Source of the DNA: Cycas panzhihuaensis
Taxonomy: Eukaryota; Plantae; Cycadophyta
DNA: 64,000 nucleotides
Assembly (NCBI GenBank): GCA_023213395.1
Contig: CM041465.1
Coordinates: 67,215,741 to 67,279,740, forward strand
Reading direction: 5' to 3'
In this document: piece after piece, positions 1-10,131 of the stretch
How positions within the stretch are numbered: position 1 is the stretch's first letter
Layout: every line of letters starts with the position of its first letter
Translations under genes and position numbers: made by a program
Notes under the pieces: model-generated
Database searches by the model: none
The model's input: the letters and a program-made list of their open reading frames with translations, nothing else
What the model was told of the DNA's origin: nothing

Positions 1-3000
1 CTATACCTCGTCTATTCGAAGTCAAGTCATCCATGGGGTGGACTACTTTAAAGATGATGAGGCTTTACTAGAGCACTTAGCAGGTTCCATGCCCAACTTA
101 CCTTCTGGTCATAATAAGCTTAGCCACCAGAAGATCCTAGCAACTGGGTCCACGTTAGCTGACCCGATCCCATCCTTCATTCTGTCTCCTCCTATTGATC
201 TTGCATCCCTCCATTTTGAGGAGGGGAACACCATGTGTAGGGGGGCAACTCAGGACACAGTCCTCGCCCTGAGCAAGATCATTAAGGTGGGGGCGGAGTG
301 TACTCCTGATGAAGTAAGGGAATACTCCTTTTTATTCTAGGAATTCTAGGATGTGTTCATGTGAGACTACTCTGACATGAAGGGAATTGACCCCTCCATC
401 ATCACCCACAACCTCACAACTATTCCTAGCACTTGCCCTATGCGCCAGAAGTAGCATCCTCTCCATCCCAAACTTTCAACCACTGTCAAGATGGAGGTTG
501 AAAAGCTCTTGGATGCATGACTTATCTCTTCCATCGATTACCCTAAGTGGGTATTGAACATCATTCCCGTTGCTAAGAAGAACGAGACCATTCATATATG
601 TGTCAACTTCCGCAACATTAACAATGGTTATCCTAAAGACAACTTCCCACTCCCCCTTATCGATCAAATAATCGATCGAATTGCTAGATTCGAAGTCATG
701 TCCTTAATGGACAGATTTTCTAGCTACAATGAAATCCAGATATCTCCCGAAGACCGCCACAAGACTTCCTTCACTACGCCATGGGGTACCTTTGCCTACA
801 AGGCAATGCCCTTTGGCCTTAAAAATGTGGGTGCTACTTATCAAGGAGCCATGCATTTCATTTTTCATGACCTCATCAACAACACATTGGAGGTCTTCAT
901 GGATGACATGATGGGTCTTTCACGTATTAGAGCCCATCATCCCTCTGACTTGTGGGCCATCTTCACACGATACCACAAGTACCATGTCAGTCTAAACCTA
1001 CTTAAATGCGTGTTTGCTATCACCTCAGGCAAACTCTTGGTTTCCTTGTATCAAAGCAAGGAATCCAAATCGATCCAGATAAAGTCAAGGCAATCCTTGA
1101 CATGCCGCCTCCTAGAACCCAATGACAGATTAAGTTGTTTCTAGGTAGGCTTGGTTTCCTTAAGCATTTTTTAGCAGACTTCACCATAAACGCCAAACCC
1201 CTTACTAACCTATTGAAGAAAGGAGCCCAATTTGTATGGTCTGACAAGACCCAACAAGCCTTTGCAGGACTCAAGGAAGCTCTCGCTTCCGCTCCTACGT
1301 TAACGCCTCCTCATTTCGATAGGCCCTTCATCTTGTATACCTCGGTAACCGATGAATCCCTGGGCATAATGCTTGCACAAGAGGATGATTTGGGAACCGA
1401 GAGAGCAATCTATTTTATCAGCCGCACCCTCATGGCTACTGAACTTAACTACCCTCCTGTTGAGAAGGAATGCCTCTCCTTAGTCCATGTGACCAAGAAG
1501 TTCAGGCATTACTTGCTCGGTAATACTACCAAGGTGATCGGCCAATCTGATGCCTTGCGTTATTTACTTACTCGTTCAGACTTGACGGGTAGGGCAGGTT
1601 ATTGGGCCATGCTACTTCAAGAGTTTGACTTGCAATTCATTAACAGGAAGTCAAAAAAAGGAATAATAGTGGCAGAGCAACTAGCAGACGCCCCCATTCC
1701 CAACACGAGCGGCGTTCCTGTTGATGACTCTCTCTCTAACGAGTCTATTTTGACCGTCTAAAGTACTTCTCCTCACCCGCTTGCTAATAGCGAGTGGTAT
1801 GGTGACATTGTGCAGTATTTGACTCAGCAAGAATACCGCCCTGAAGCCAGCAATAAAGTTAGATTACGTATCTGCACCACCACTAGGCAATACTTCCTCG
1901 TGGATGAAGTATTGTACAAGAGATCCTTCAATGGGATCACCTTGTCACTGTCGCTTACGCCCGAAGGCACCAAATACTCCGCGAATGCCATCATGGCATT
2001 TGTGGGGGCCATTTTAGAGGCCAATCCATGGCCCAAAGGATCCTCCGCATGGGTTATTACCTGCCGTCCCTTTTTAAGGAAGCCCACGCCTATGCCCTGA
2101 GATGTCAACGATGCCAAGAGCACATTAATATCTCTCATGTGCCTTCTGAGGCCTTGCACCCTATCATATCTCCATGGCCCTTTTCTCAATGGGGTTTAAA
2201 CCTCATTGGTGCCATATCACCACCCTCTTCCACGCAGCATAAGTACATCTTGATTGCCACTGAGTATTTCACCAAATGGGCGGAGGCAATCCCCTTGTCC
2301 ACTACGCCTGGCAAGACGATAGCCACCTTCATTTACCAGCACATCGTTTGCCATTTCTGAGTTCCAAACGTCTTAATCACGGATAATGGAACCCCCTTTT
2401 GTAATAAGGAAATGGACAAGCTTTGCGAAAAATTCAAGATCTTGCATAGGACCTCATCCCCTTATTACCCCCAAGTAAACAGGCAAGTTGAATCATTCAA
2501 CAAAACCCTTGTTAACATTCTAAAGAAAACCGTTGCGCAATCTCAAAGAGATTGGCATCTCGAACTCCCTTCCGCTCTGTGGGCCTATCACACTTCTATC
2601 CATACAACTACTGGAATAACTCCATTCTCTTTAGTCTACGGGACCGAGGTGGTCCTCCCACTAGAAGTGGAGATCCCCTCTCTACGGGTCTCCCTTAGAG
2701 GTCTTATCGACGAGGAGTCTATCCGCCAGGCTCATCTCCTAGATCTCGAGGCCCTGGATGAGAGGCACTTAATGGCTTATCAAGCGAATCTCACTTCGAA
2801 AGCCTTCCTATAAAGGACTCACGACAAGCATCTTCGTGCTCGTCCTTTGTGCCCTGGGGACCACATCCTTAAGTTGGAATATCTCTACGATCGCCTAACC
2901 AAATTTGGACCTAAATGGGTTGATCCTTTCGTCATTCTCAAAAGCCTCGATAACGGTGCCTATAGGATCGCCACCTTGGAAGGCTTGGAATTCGAGAAGA

Positions 3001-3038
3001 CAGTCAACGGTAAATTCCTTAAGAAGTTTTACGCATGA
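1..3038 (+). pseudogene. pol: Gypsy pol (RT, RNase H, integrase), disrupted
   Basis: RT motifs PKDNFPLPLID, MPFGLKNVGATYQ, VFMDDM. RH motifs YFISRTL..ELNYPPVEKECL, LQEFD. Integrase motifs WPFSQWGLNLIG, EYFTKWAEA, SSPYYPQVN, TPFSLVYG, NGKFLKKFYA. Several stops and frameshifts. Confidence 0.95.
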
Positions 3039-3666
3039 TCCCACGACGATACCTTCGCTATGCTCCAAAATGAGTCTAAACTACCATCTTAAGTTGTTCC
3101 CATTTCTCCCAACCATGGGTGGAATGGAAATTTAAGATGGCCTCTCACGTTTCTTTCTGGTTCCTCCCATGGAACCCGTGTTCCCATATCCTTTTGGGAC
3201 TTTTTTCTTCCTATTTGGGCATCCCCCAGTTAGGACGATGCTCTGGAGTATCGTTACTCCTCTCTCTCACCTGGTGTTTCCTTTGCATATCCTGCTATGC
3301 TCCTCCATGGACGTGCATGTCACTCTATCTCTAATGCCACATGTACCTATCACCTCTACTTATGGTGGACGTGTGTGCTTCTATTAGATATATAACCATG
3401 CATGGAAGGAAATACATGCATCATACAATAAATCATCTATAACATACACAATAAAACATATATGTCACTTGCCACACATGATATACACATCATCACATAT
3501 CAAAATGGGGTACTAATTACCCTGTGTATATATACATCAAAATCATATGTCACATCATACATTTGAGAAGCCAGTGTCCTTGCAAGGGGGTATAATCATA
3601 TGACTCTATATATGACCCCCTAGAGGCCCACGCTTTCCCGTCAAAATCTAATACATGTGTCCTACT

Positions 3667-5562
3667 CTACTGCTGCCCCACTCTTGGGGTACCATCTCCT
3701 GGTCTGTGTGATCCCTCTCCTGGGGACCACATCCCTCCGAGGCTCCTCCTAGGCCTCCGCGAGCTCTCTACCTCACTCCCCTCATCATGTGGCCATCTCG
3801 GGGTCGTCGCAGTCGTGTGGGTGTATGTTTTGCTCCTGCTTGACCTCGACGCCACCTGGTCTACCAGCTGATCGTATCTAGCCTGGATGCGATCTCTCTC
3901 ACTCTCTACTCCTCGAAGACGCTCCTCCAACACTGCTATCCAGTCCATGCTCCCTGTGTCTCTACCTGCTCCTCCCTAAGCCTCTAGAGCCTATACCCGT
4001 CTCCGCAGTGCGTTTCGCTCGCCCCTAGCCTCGTCCAACTCCCACTACATCTATCCTCTGAATGCCATGTGCTCTTGGGACTCTATAGCCTAGATGTCTC
4101 TCGCCCTCGCCAATGAGGTGAATACCATCATATGTGCACCGGCCGACCTAGGCGCATCCTCTGTTTGGATGGGCGGTCGCCCCTCTGCATACACCTAAGG
4201 GAACATCTCCCTCACCATAGTCTCTACCAACTACCTGATCTTCACGATACCTACAAATCCAACATACCTTATGTCAGTATATATCCAACTGTATACCAAA
4301 GTAAAACCAAATCAAACTATCTATCTGGCTATCAAACAATTGAGGAAATGGTTAGGCCTCACCTGCCGTGGCCGCTGGCTCCTCTGCTCATGCGACGACC
4401 TCTCCTCCTGGCTCCCCGCCAGCTGTTGGTACCTCCTCCTTAGGTACCATCTCTGCCTGGGCCTCTCTCCTCACCAGGATTGGCTCAGCTGTTGCCTCTC
4501 TGGATATCCTCATGATCCGTAGCCTTTGGGCCCTCGTCACTAGCACCCTGCTCTCCTCTGCAGCCCCTGATGGGCTTACCTCTCCTCTGACAGTCTTGGA
4601 TGGCCCCGCTGCTCCTCCTGAGGTCCTTGATGGACTTGCCTCTCCCACAGGTCATGATGGGCTAGCCCCATCTCCTCCATCGTCGTCATCATCGTCGTCA
4701 CATGGGAGCACCCCTGCTCTGCTTGCCTCGTCATCACTGTCCTACCTCACTGCGCTATACATATCTGCCACGTAATCTGTCATGGTGAGGAGGTACAACG
4801 ATGTCGTCTCTACTAAGCACCGGATATGGGCCTGATCCTCTATCCCCCTTAGTCTAGTCTACCATCTGTGGACCATTGGGGCCCACTCCGCAATAGGGTG
4901 TGGTCCCCCCACTGGTGTCACTACTTCAAAGTGATAAAAAAACTAGCATTGTAGCAGTGTGTTGTATGATAGTCCTCCTCTACTGGTCGTCCTGATAGCA
5001 TCGAGCTACGTGACGAGGTTCGCTGCTATCAAGGTGGCCCAGGCCATCCTCTCACCCGCCTCACAGCGGTGCACTGCATCCATCCATCCCCCAGGAATAT
5101 CTCTATAGTTCTGTTTCTGGGAAACTTAGAACAGAATGCACAGCGTAATAAGCCTCCTCACCCGAGGAATCCTAGACATCACCATCATCTGGAGAGGGAC
5201 TCCTCTCCTTTCCCATCTATCTGTCCCTATGAAAAATGTTGTTGCCTCCCGATGTGCTACCTCATTGCTAGCAAGACTCCCGGTCACCGGCCTCCCAGTT
5301 CTTGCAGTTCTAAAATCCATCGAATATCCCTTGGCGTCACCGTCATGTCTCCCACTTGGGGTAGATTGAAAACATGCCTCCTCATGTCCTAGTGAGATAT
5401 AATATCAACTAACAACCTCTGATCTGATGTAAACTGAGGTGTCTTTAGGGCATTGAATAGGCCACATCTCTGCAAAATTCCCTTGTCCTCCCTGAACATC
5501 ATCTCGATATAGCTCAGCATCACCATACCTATGTTCTCGCGGTTATCCAGTGCGGTAACAGC
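3667..5562 (-). pseudogene. Antisense Plant Mobile Domain (PMD, aminotransferase-like) gene with low-complexity and coiled-coil-like C-terminus, spliced
   Basis: Manual minus-strand translation gives LLVDIISH*DMRRHVFNLPQVGDMTVTPRDIRWIL (PMD-type W....F.....TxT..D...L), MAWATLIAANL and GGLSYNTLLQC*FF. One frameshift near 5300. Stops mostly fit CAG>TAG, TGG>TAG or CGA>TGA changes. First exon not defined. Confidence 0.8.
4251..4362 (-). other. Spliceosomal intron in the antisense PMD gene
   Basis: Donor CAG|GTGAG, branch point CTGAC at 4277-4273, acceptor TTTGTAG|G. Removing these 112 nt joins the frame of ORF 4388-4648 to the frame of ORF 3667-3948. Confidence 0.75.
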
Positions 5563-5698
5563 CTGCCAACATCACAAACCAGTCAAAGTCAGTCTCATGC
5601 CAGTCCCCTATACTCTTGGCTATCTCTTAGCTCTTTCTGCTTGCGATTTGGGGCCTCATGATCCCTCATCTTCTTTCTCGCAGTTCCGCACTGCCGCT

Positions 5699-5787
5699 GC
5701 TAAACTTCAGGTACCGCAAAGTTTAGCTTGGGTCCCATGGCGATTGTGGCCCCGCGGTAAAGATCGTGGCACTGCGATCTTTACCGC
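5699..5787. repeat. Pair of CG-rich inverted repeats, copy 1
   Basis: GCTAAACTT..AAGTTTAGC (5699-5727) and GCGGTAAAGATCG..CGATCTTTACCGC (5754-5787). Confidence 0.85.
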
Positions 5788-6204
5788 AGTATGAACGGCA
5801 CCCCCACGAAAGGGAGGGGCTTCTAGCCCAAAATAAAAAAAAATTCCTTTAGATGGATCCCCGTGGGGTCCACGGAGACCAGGGCTCCCTAATGCCCAGG
5901 TCCCCCCTCTTTTTGGGTCTAATTTGAACTCCAAGAGGCCACTATCTGCCCATATGGGGCACAAAACTACCTAAAAATCAACAAAAAACATTCAATTTTG
6001 AACTTTGAAATGGGATAAGTTTTGTAAGATCCACTCATTGGATCTGGTCTTGCTATCATCATCATATCCTACTGATCCCATTGGCTCTCTCTGTGCTCCG
6101 ATCCAATAGTCTGATCTCCTCCCACGTGCCTTCAAAGTTGGGCGGCGCTCCACTGTTTTCTCACGAGATTTGGTGAAAATGAATTCGTTTTCCGTTGAAT
6201 TTCC

Positions 6205-6211
6205 TTATATA
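6205..6211 (-). promoter_or_regulatory. Putative TATA box between the divergent PMD and aRH ORFs
   Basis: CCTATATAAGGAA on the minus strand, identical at 18250-18256 in copy 2. Confidence 0.55.
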
Positions 6212-6735
6212 GGTGGGGGTCCCGTCGGGCACTCTCTGTTTTTGCTCTCGCGACAACTGTTGGAACCGTCTCGTTTCCCTGACCACCTTTGTCTTCTGGC
6301 CCTGTCACCCGTTGTGCTCTTTTGATGCCCTTTTTACCCTCTCTTTCAAGTGCATTTATAGCGCCTCACCATTGCACCTTTCTGCAGGGCCTTTCTATCT
6401 CGTTTTGCGTGCCACTCTCGTGCGTGCCTGAGTTTATACTCGTTTGGCTTGTTTCACTGTTCTGGACTCGTTTCCGCAGCCCTTTTCTGCTCCTAGGGTC
6501 CCCAGAGGGAAGGCTCCCCCGTATGGGGGCATGTTTTACTTCCTAAAGCGACCTTTGGTACTCTAGGGTGCCCTTTTTTTTGCCCTCTCTCAGGTAGCGG
6601 CCAGACTGCTTGCTCTCATCCTTGTGTAGCCTCATTGCGAGGTCCTCCTACCCTCTACGGCCACTTATTTCTTGCCTTTCGAGTATCTCTTTCACTCCAT
6701 CATAGATTATTATCCCCAGGATTTTGTGTTCACTC

Positions 6736-7158
6736 ATGTCCCTCTATATATTTACCGACGGCAGAAGCCGCGGTAATCTTGGACCTTCTACCGCTGCTTG
6801 GATCCTTCGCAGCCCCTCCAGGCATGATTTCCTGTGCTCTGCAATCTTCCTCCTCAAAGCCACCAATAATGAAGCTGAGTACACGGTCGTTATTGAAGCC
6901 CTTACTAATGCTCTCCATTTCCATCACAGACCCATCATTTTGCTTTGCGACTCTCAGGTTGTGGTGTCCCATCTCACCCAGGTTTACCAGGTGCGATGCC
7001 CTCACTTGAGAACCCTTGCTTCGACCGCCAGATCTCTCTTGGCTCGCTTCTCATCCGTTGACATTCATCACATCCCTCGGGACCTCAATGCTGAGGCAGA
7101 CAGCCTCGTCTGCCTCATCCTTGAGCGTCGTCTCCCTCTTCTTGGCGACCACCTTTGA
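6736..7158 (+). CDS. Stand-alone archaeal-type RNase HI (aRH), 140 aa, uninterrupted
   Basis: IFTDGRSRGNLG, ATNNEAEY, LCDSQVVV, HHIPRDLNAEADSL: all four acidic catalytic residues present. Own ATG at 6736, matched by an ATG at 18837 in copy 2. Confidence 0.9.
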   Translation: MSLYIFTDGRSRGNLGPSTAAWILRSPSRHDFLCSAIFLLKATNNEAEYTVVIEALTNALHFHHRPIILLCDSQVVVSHLTQVYQVRCPHLRTLASTARSLLARFSSVDIHHIPRDLNAEADSLVCLILERRLPLLGDHL

Positions 7159-7273
7159 GAGACTTATTTAGCCAGCCCGTTACTCAAGTCTCTGGTCGCC
7201 TTTATTCTGACTTGCTTGTTTTCATCTATCAGGTGCCCTCACATCACTCGTTACACTTCAGTAATGGGGGGGC

Positions 7274-10131
7274 ACCCCCCTCATTGGCTTTCTTCACCTA
7301 CAGGTCGACTTTTAGATGACGCATAGGCAGCCCCTATGTTGCCCTCATATCCATCTCCCTTATCCACACGTTCCGCCACGATACTCGCCGACACCCTTGG
7401 TCCATATGTTGTTTATAGTTTCTTTATATATATATATACATGTGCTACTAATAGTTTTTTATTGTCAGTATTCGCCATCACACCACGCTTCCGAGCAGTG
7501 TGGCTCTACTGCCAATGGGACAGTGTTTCCTAGCTACTTGGAATGGACTCGGGACGCATCGACTCAGGTAAGCTCAGTTATACGTTCTTGCTCCCATCCT
7601 CACTCTTGTTCGACCGAGGTCACTTGGTAGATTGCCTGATGCATGCTTACATGTCATTCATATGACTACACTACTTTCTTGCTTGATCACACTACGTGTG
7701 CCTGCCACATGCCACTCAGCCTATGACGACCTACCGTGTGAGCACTCCTCAGCGAGTGCTACACCCCATATGACACTTAGCCACCCACATCATCTCCACC
7801 ACCCTCGAGTGCCTTAGTCAGTCGTGTCTCGCCCACGACAACATTCCACCCATACTTCAATTCATCTTCCAAGTATGATAGGATCCCTAGTTGAGACCCA
7901 TTCCTCTTTTCTGACCACTTATCAGACATCTAGGCATCAATTCCTAGCTGTTCACCCCTAACAAACTCCCTGTTTTGCTCCAGACCCTATTTCTGATTTG
8001 ATTTTTACCTGCAGGTTCACACTGCTGTAAACTTAGCGATACCGCGATATTTACTGTGGTACGACTGTTCAAAAAAGATTTTTAAAACTGACGCGGCAGT
8101 TCCCGCTCTTTTCGCGGAATTACCACGTGGCGTTTGCATCTTTTGACTTCCCTGTGACTCTCAATGTTCACTTAGGGTTAGTGGAAGATAAAAACCAAAA
8201 GGTCAATCATTCTTCCCTCTTCTTTCTCCATTTTTTGGATGTTACTCCTACAGTTATCCATCACCTACTGCACAAAGGCATACTCTTCAGCTGCTACTCT
8301 TTCTATAGAGATTATTACTGCATCTCAGGCTCAGCACTAGCAGTTCATGCCTCCTATTGCAGGTTCACACAGTGGAAAGCAGAGCATTCACAAGAACTCT
8401 CTAAGGAAAAGCTCCAAGGTCCCAAACCGTAGTGGTGTTTCTCACGGTGGCCTCTCCTCCAAAACCAACCTTAAAACCCTGCCAAAGGCAGGTCCTTCCT
8501 TTTATTTTCCAGCAGAAGTAAACTTCTATTCTCTGCTATAAGGTGCTCCCCACTATTTGCTCTAAGATCCATGTTCTTTCCTTTACTTTTTGTGGATAGT
8601 GTTTAGTATATTTGTTTTTCATGACATTGTGCCCATTTATCATTAGCTCTTTGCACATTGGGTTGTAGTGCTTCCCTTCATTTTCTTGTAAGCCTACTTT
8701 AAGGTGGCTGTACAAAGGAGGTAACACAAAGAAATGTGGAGGGAGAAAGGCGGGGCTAGACCCCCTTATTGACCTTCTCCCCAAGGGTCCAAACCCTTCT
8801 TTTCTTTCCCCCTACACCTTTTGCCTCCCTTGAAGCTGGGTTAGGGACTTGGGAGCCTACCTCCAAATCTGAACCAGCATTGGCAGCTCCTTGCCATGCT
8901 AGTTTCAGACCCTTTTTACTGGATTTGGGTACCACGTAAGCCCCAAAATTGCTCCTGGTTGGTTCATAGCCTGTAGCTTGTCCCAACTGGATGATCTGTT
9001 GCTCATAGTATCCCATCCTTTAGGTGTGCTTACATATCATCCTGCTAGTTTCTCTCCTCTTTTACTTGCTATCCTACACAACCAATATAGTCTATTTCTT
9101 CTTCCCTGAGGCCACCTAGGGACTTCTGTGGGTGAGCTAGCCATTTCGAGGCTAACTCTTTTGCATTGGGTACCGGTTGGTGTGGTTGCTTATTGGAGTC
9201 TTATTTGGATTTCTTTGCAGTAATATGCACATGTTCTTGATTTAGTTTGATTTCAGTTTTTTTATATTTGTGCATGGATATTAGATATATTTGTATCTCC
9301 TCTTCCAGGAGGAAGAAACTTGCATGTTTTGACTGGCAGGTTTTACGATCGTGGAGATACACATGAAACAAACTGGTTAGTAGGTTAGTCTCTTGTTGGT
9401 TTCTTTTCCTTATTTCCCTTTTTTTTGTTGCTTTGCTTTGTTTTACTTCTTTCACATACTTTGGGGAGGTAAGTTAGCCCCTTCGATTGCTCACAGCAAC
9501 CATTGTCAGTCGGTCTCACCTATGCGATAAGTAGAGCGGAAAGGTGCGTAAAACAACGAGAAACGCAACGCTTCATTCGAACACCGGGTCCAGGTACTCC
9601 TTTTTCCCTTTTTGTTCTTTTCCTATAGCATTGTTTCTATGCATGTGTTTGCATATTAAAAACATGTAGGAAATGAAAAAAGGGGAAGGAATACATATTT
9701 GCATCTGCATATTTCTTATTAGTAGTTGTTTTTTATTATGTGTAGGCAGTTTTCCTTGAATGTGAGCCACTCACCCCTCACTTCTTCGATTAGTCCACGC
9801 GTAGAATATTTTATCACACACACACCACCTACATGTTGCCTTCTCTCTTCTTCGAGAAGACGCAACCCTTTAGGTCCCTTCCTCCTCTTCCCGGCCATCT
9901 AAGGGGTAGGAGGGCCTCACCTTTTGGGATAACCTAAGGCCTCGCCTTGTGTCCCTTCCCCGAGATCACCTTGAAGCAAGTAGGCACCATTTGTAGGTCT
10001 CGAATCTGCGCTCTGACACACAGACGCCCTGCGTGGTGATTCCTTACCAACTAATCCAACTCATAACTTGACTTAGTTGTATATAGCCATACCTTGCTGA
10101 CGTAGGAAACCACCCCGCGAGAAGTGTTTCA
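7274..10131 (+). repeat. Putative 3' LTR of Gypsy copy 1 (left boundary provisional)
   Basis: Follows purine tract AATGGGGGGG (~7263-7272), ends TTCA, homologous to 19521-23304. No clean TG start was seen. Confidence 0.55.
8123..8194 (+). promoter_or_regulatory. LTR promoter: G-box plus degenerate TATA
   Basis: CCACGTGG at 8123 and GATAAAAA at 8187. The homologous positions in copy 2 read TGCCACGTGGCA and TATAAAAA. Confidence 0.5.

Larger units (their letters stand above)
1..10131 (+). mobile_element. Non-chromovirus Ty3/Gypsy (Tat/Athila superclade) LTR retrotransposon, copy 1, 5' part outside window
   Basis: RT-RH-INT order, no chromodomain, long 3' region with extra ORFs. Colinear with 11929-23304. 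Ends ...GTGTTTCA at 10131, directly before Copia RT codons. Confidence 0.9.

Noticed and set aside
4132-5392. Plus-strand Ser/Pro-rich ORFs (also 15940-17387)
   Set aside because: Shadows of the minus-strand PMD gene.
3667-5562. env-like gene or host MAIN/MAIL gene
   Set aside because: Antisense, PMD-type motifs, and the same position in two element copies, so it is element-borne and not env.
6523-6537. GGGGGCA|TGTT as PPT/LTR start
   Set aside because: Not conserved in copy 2.
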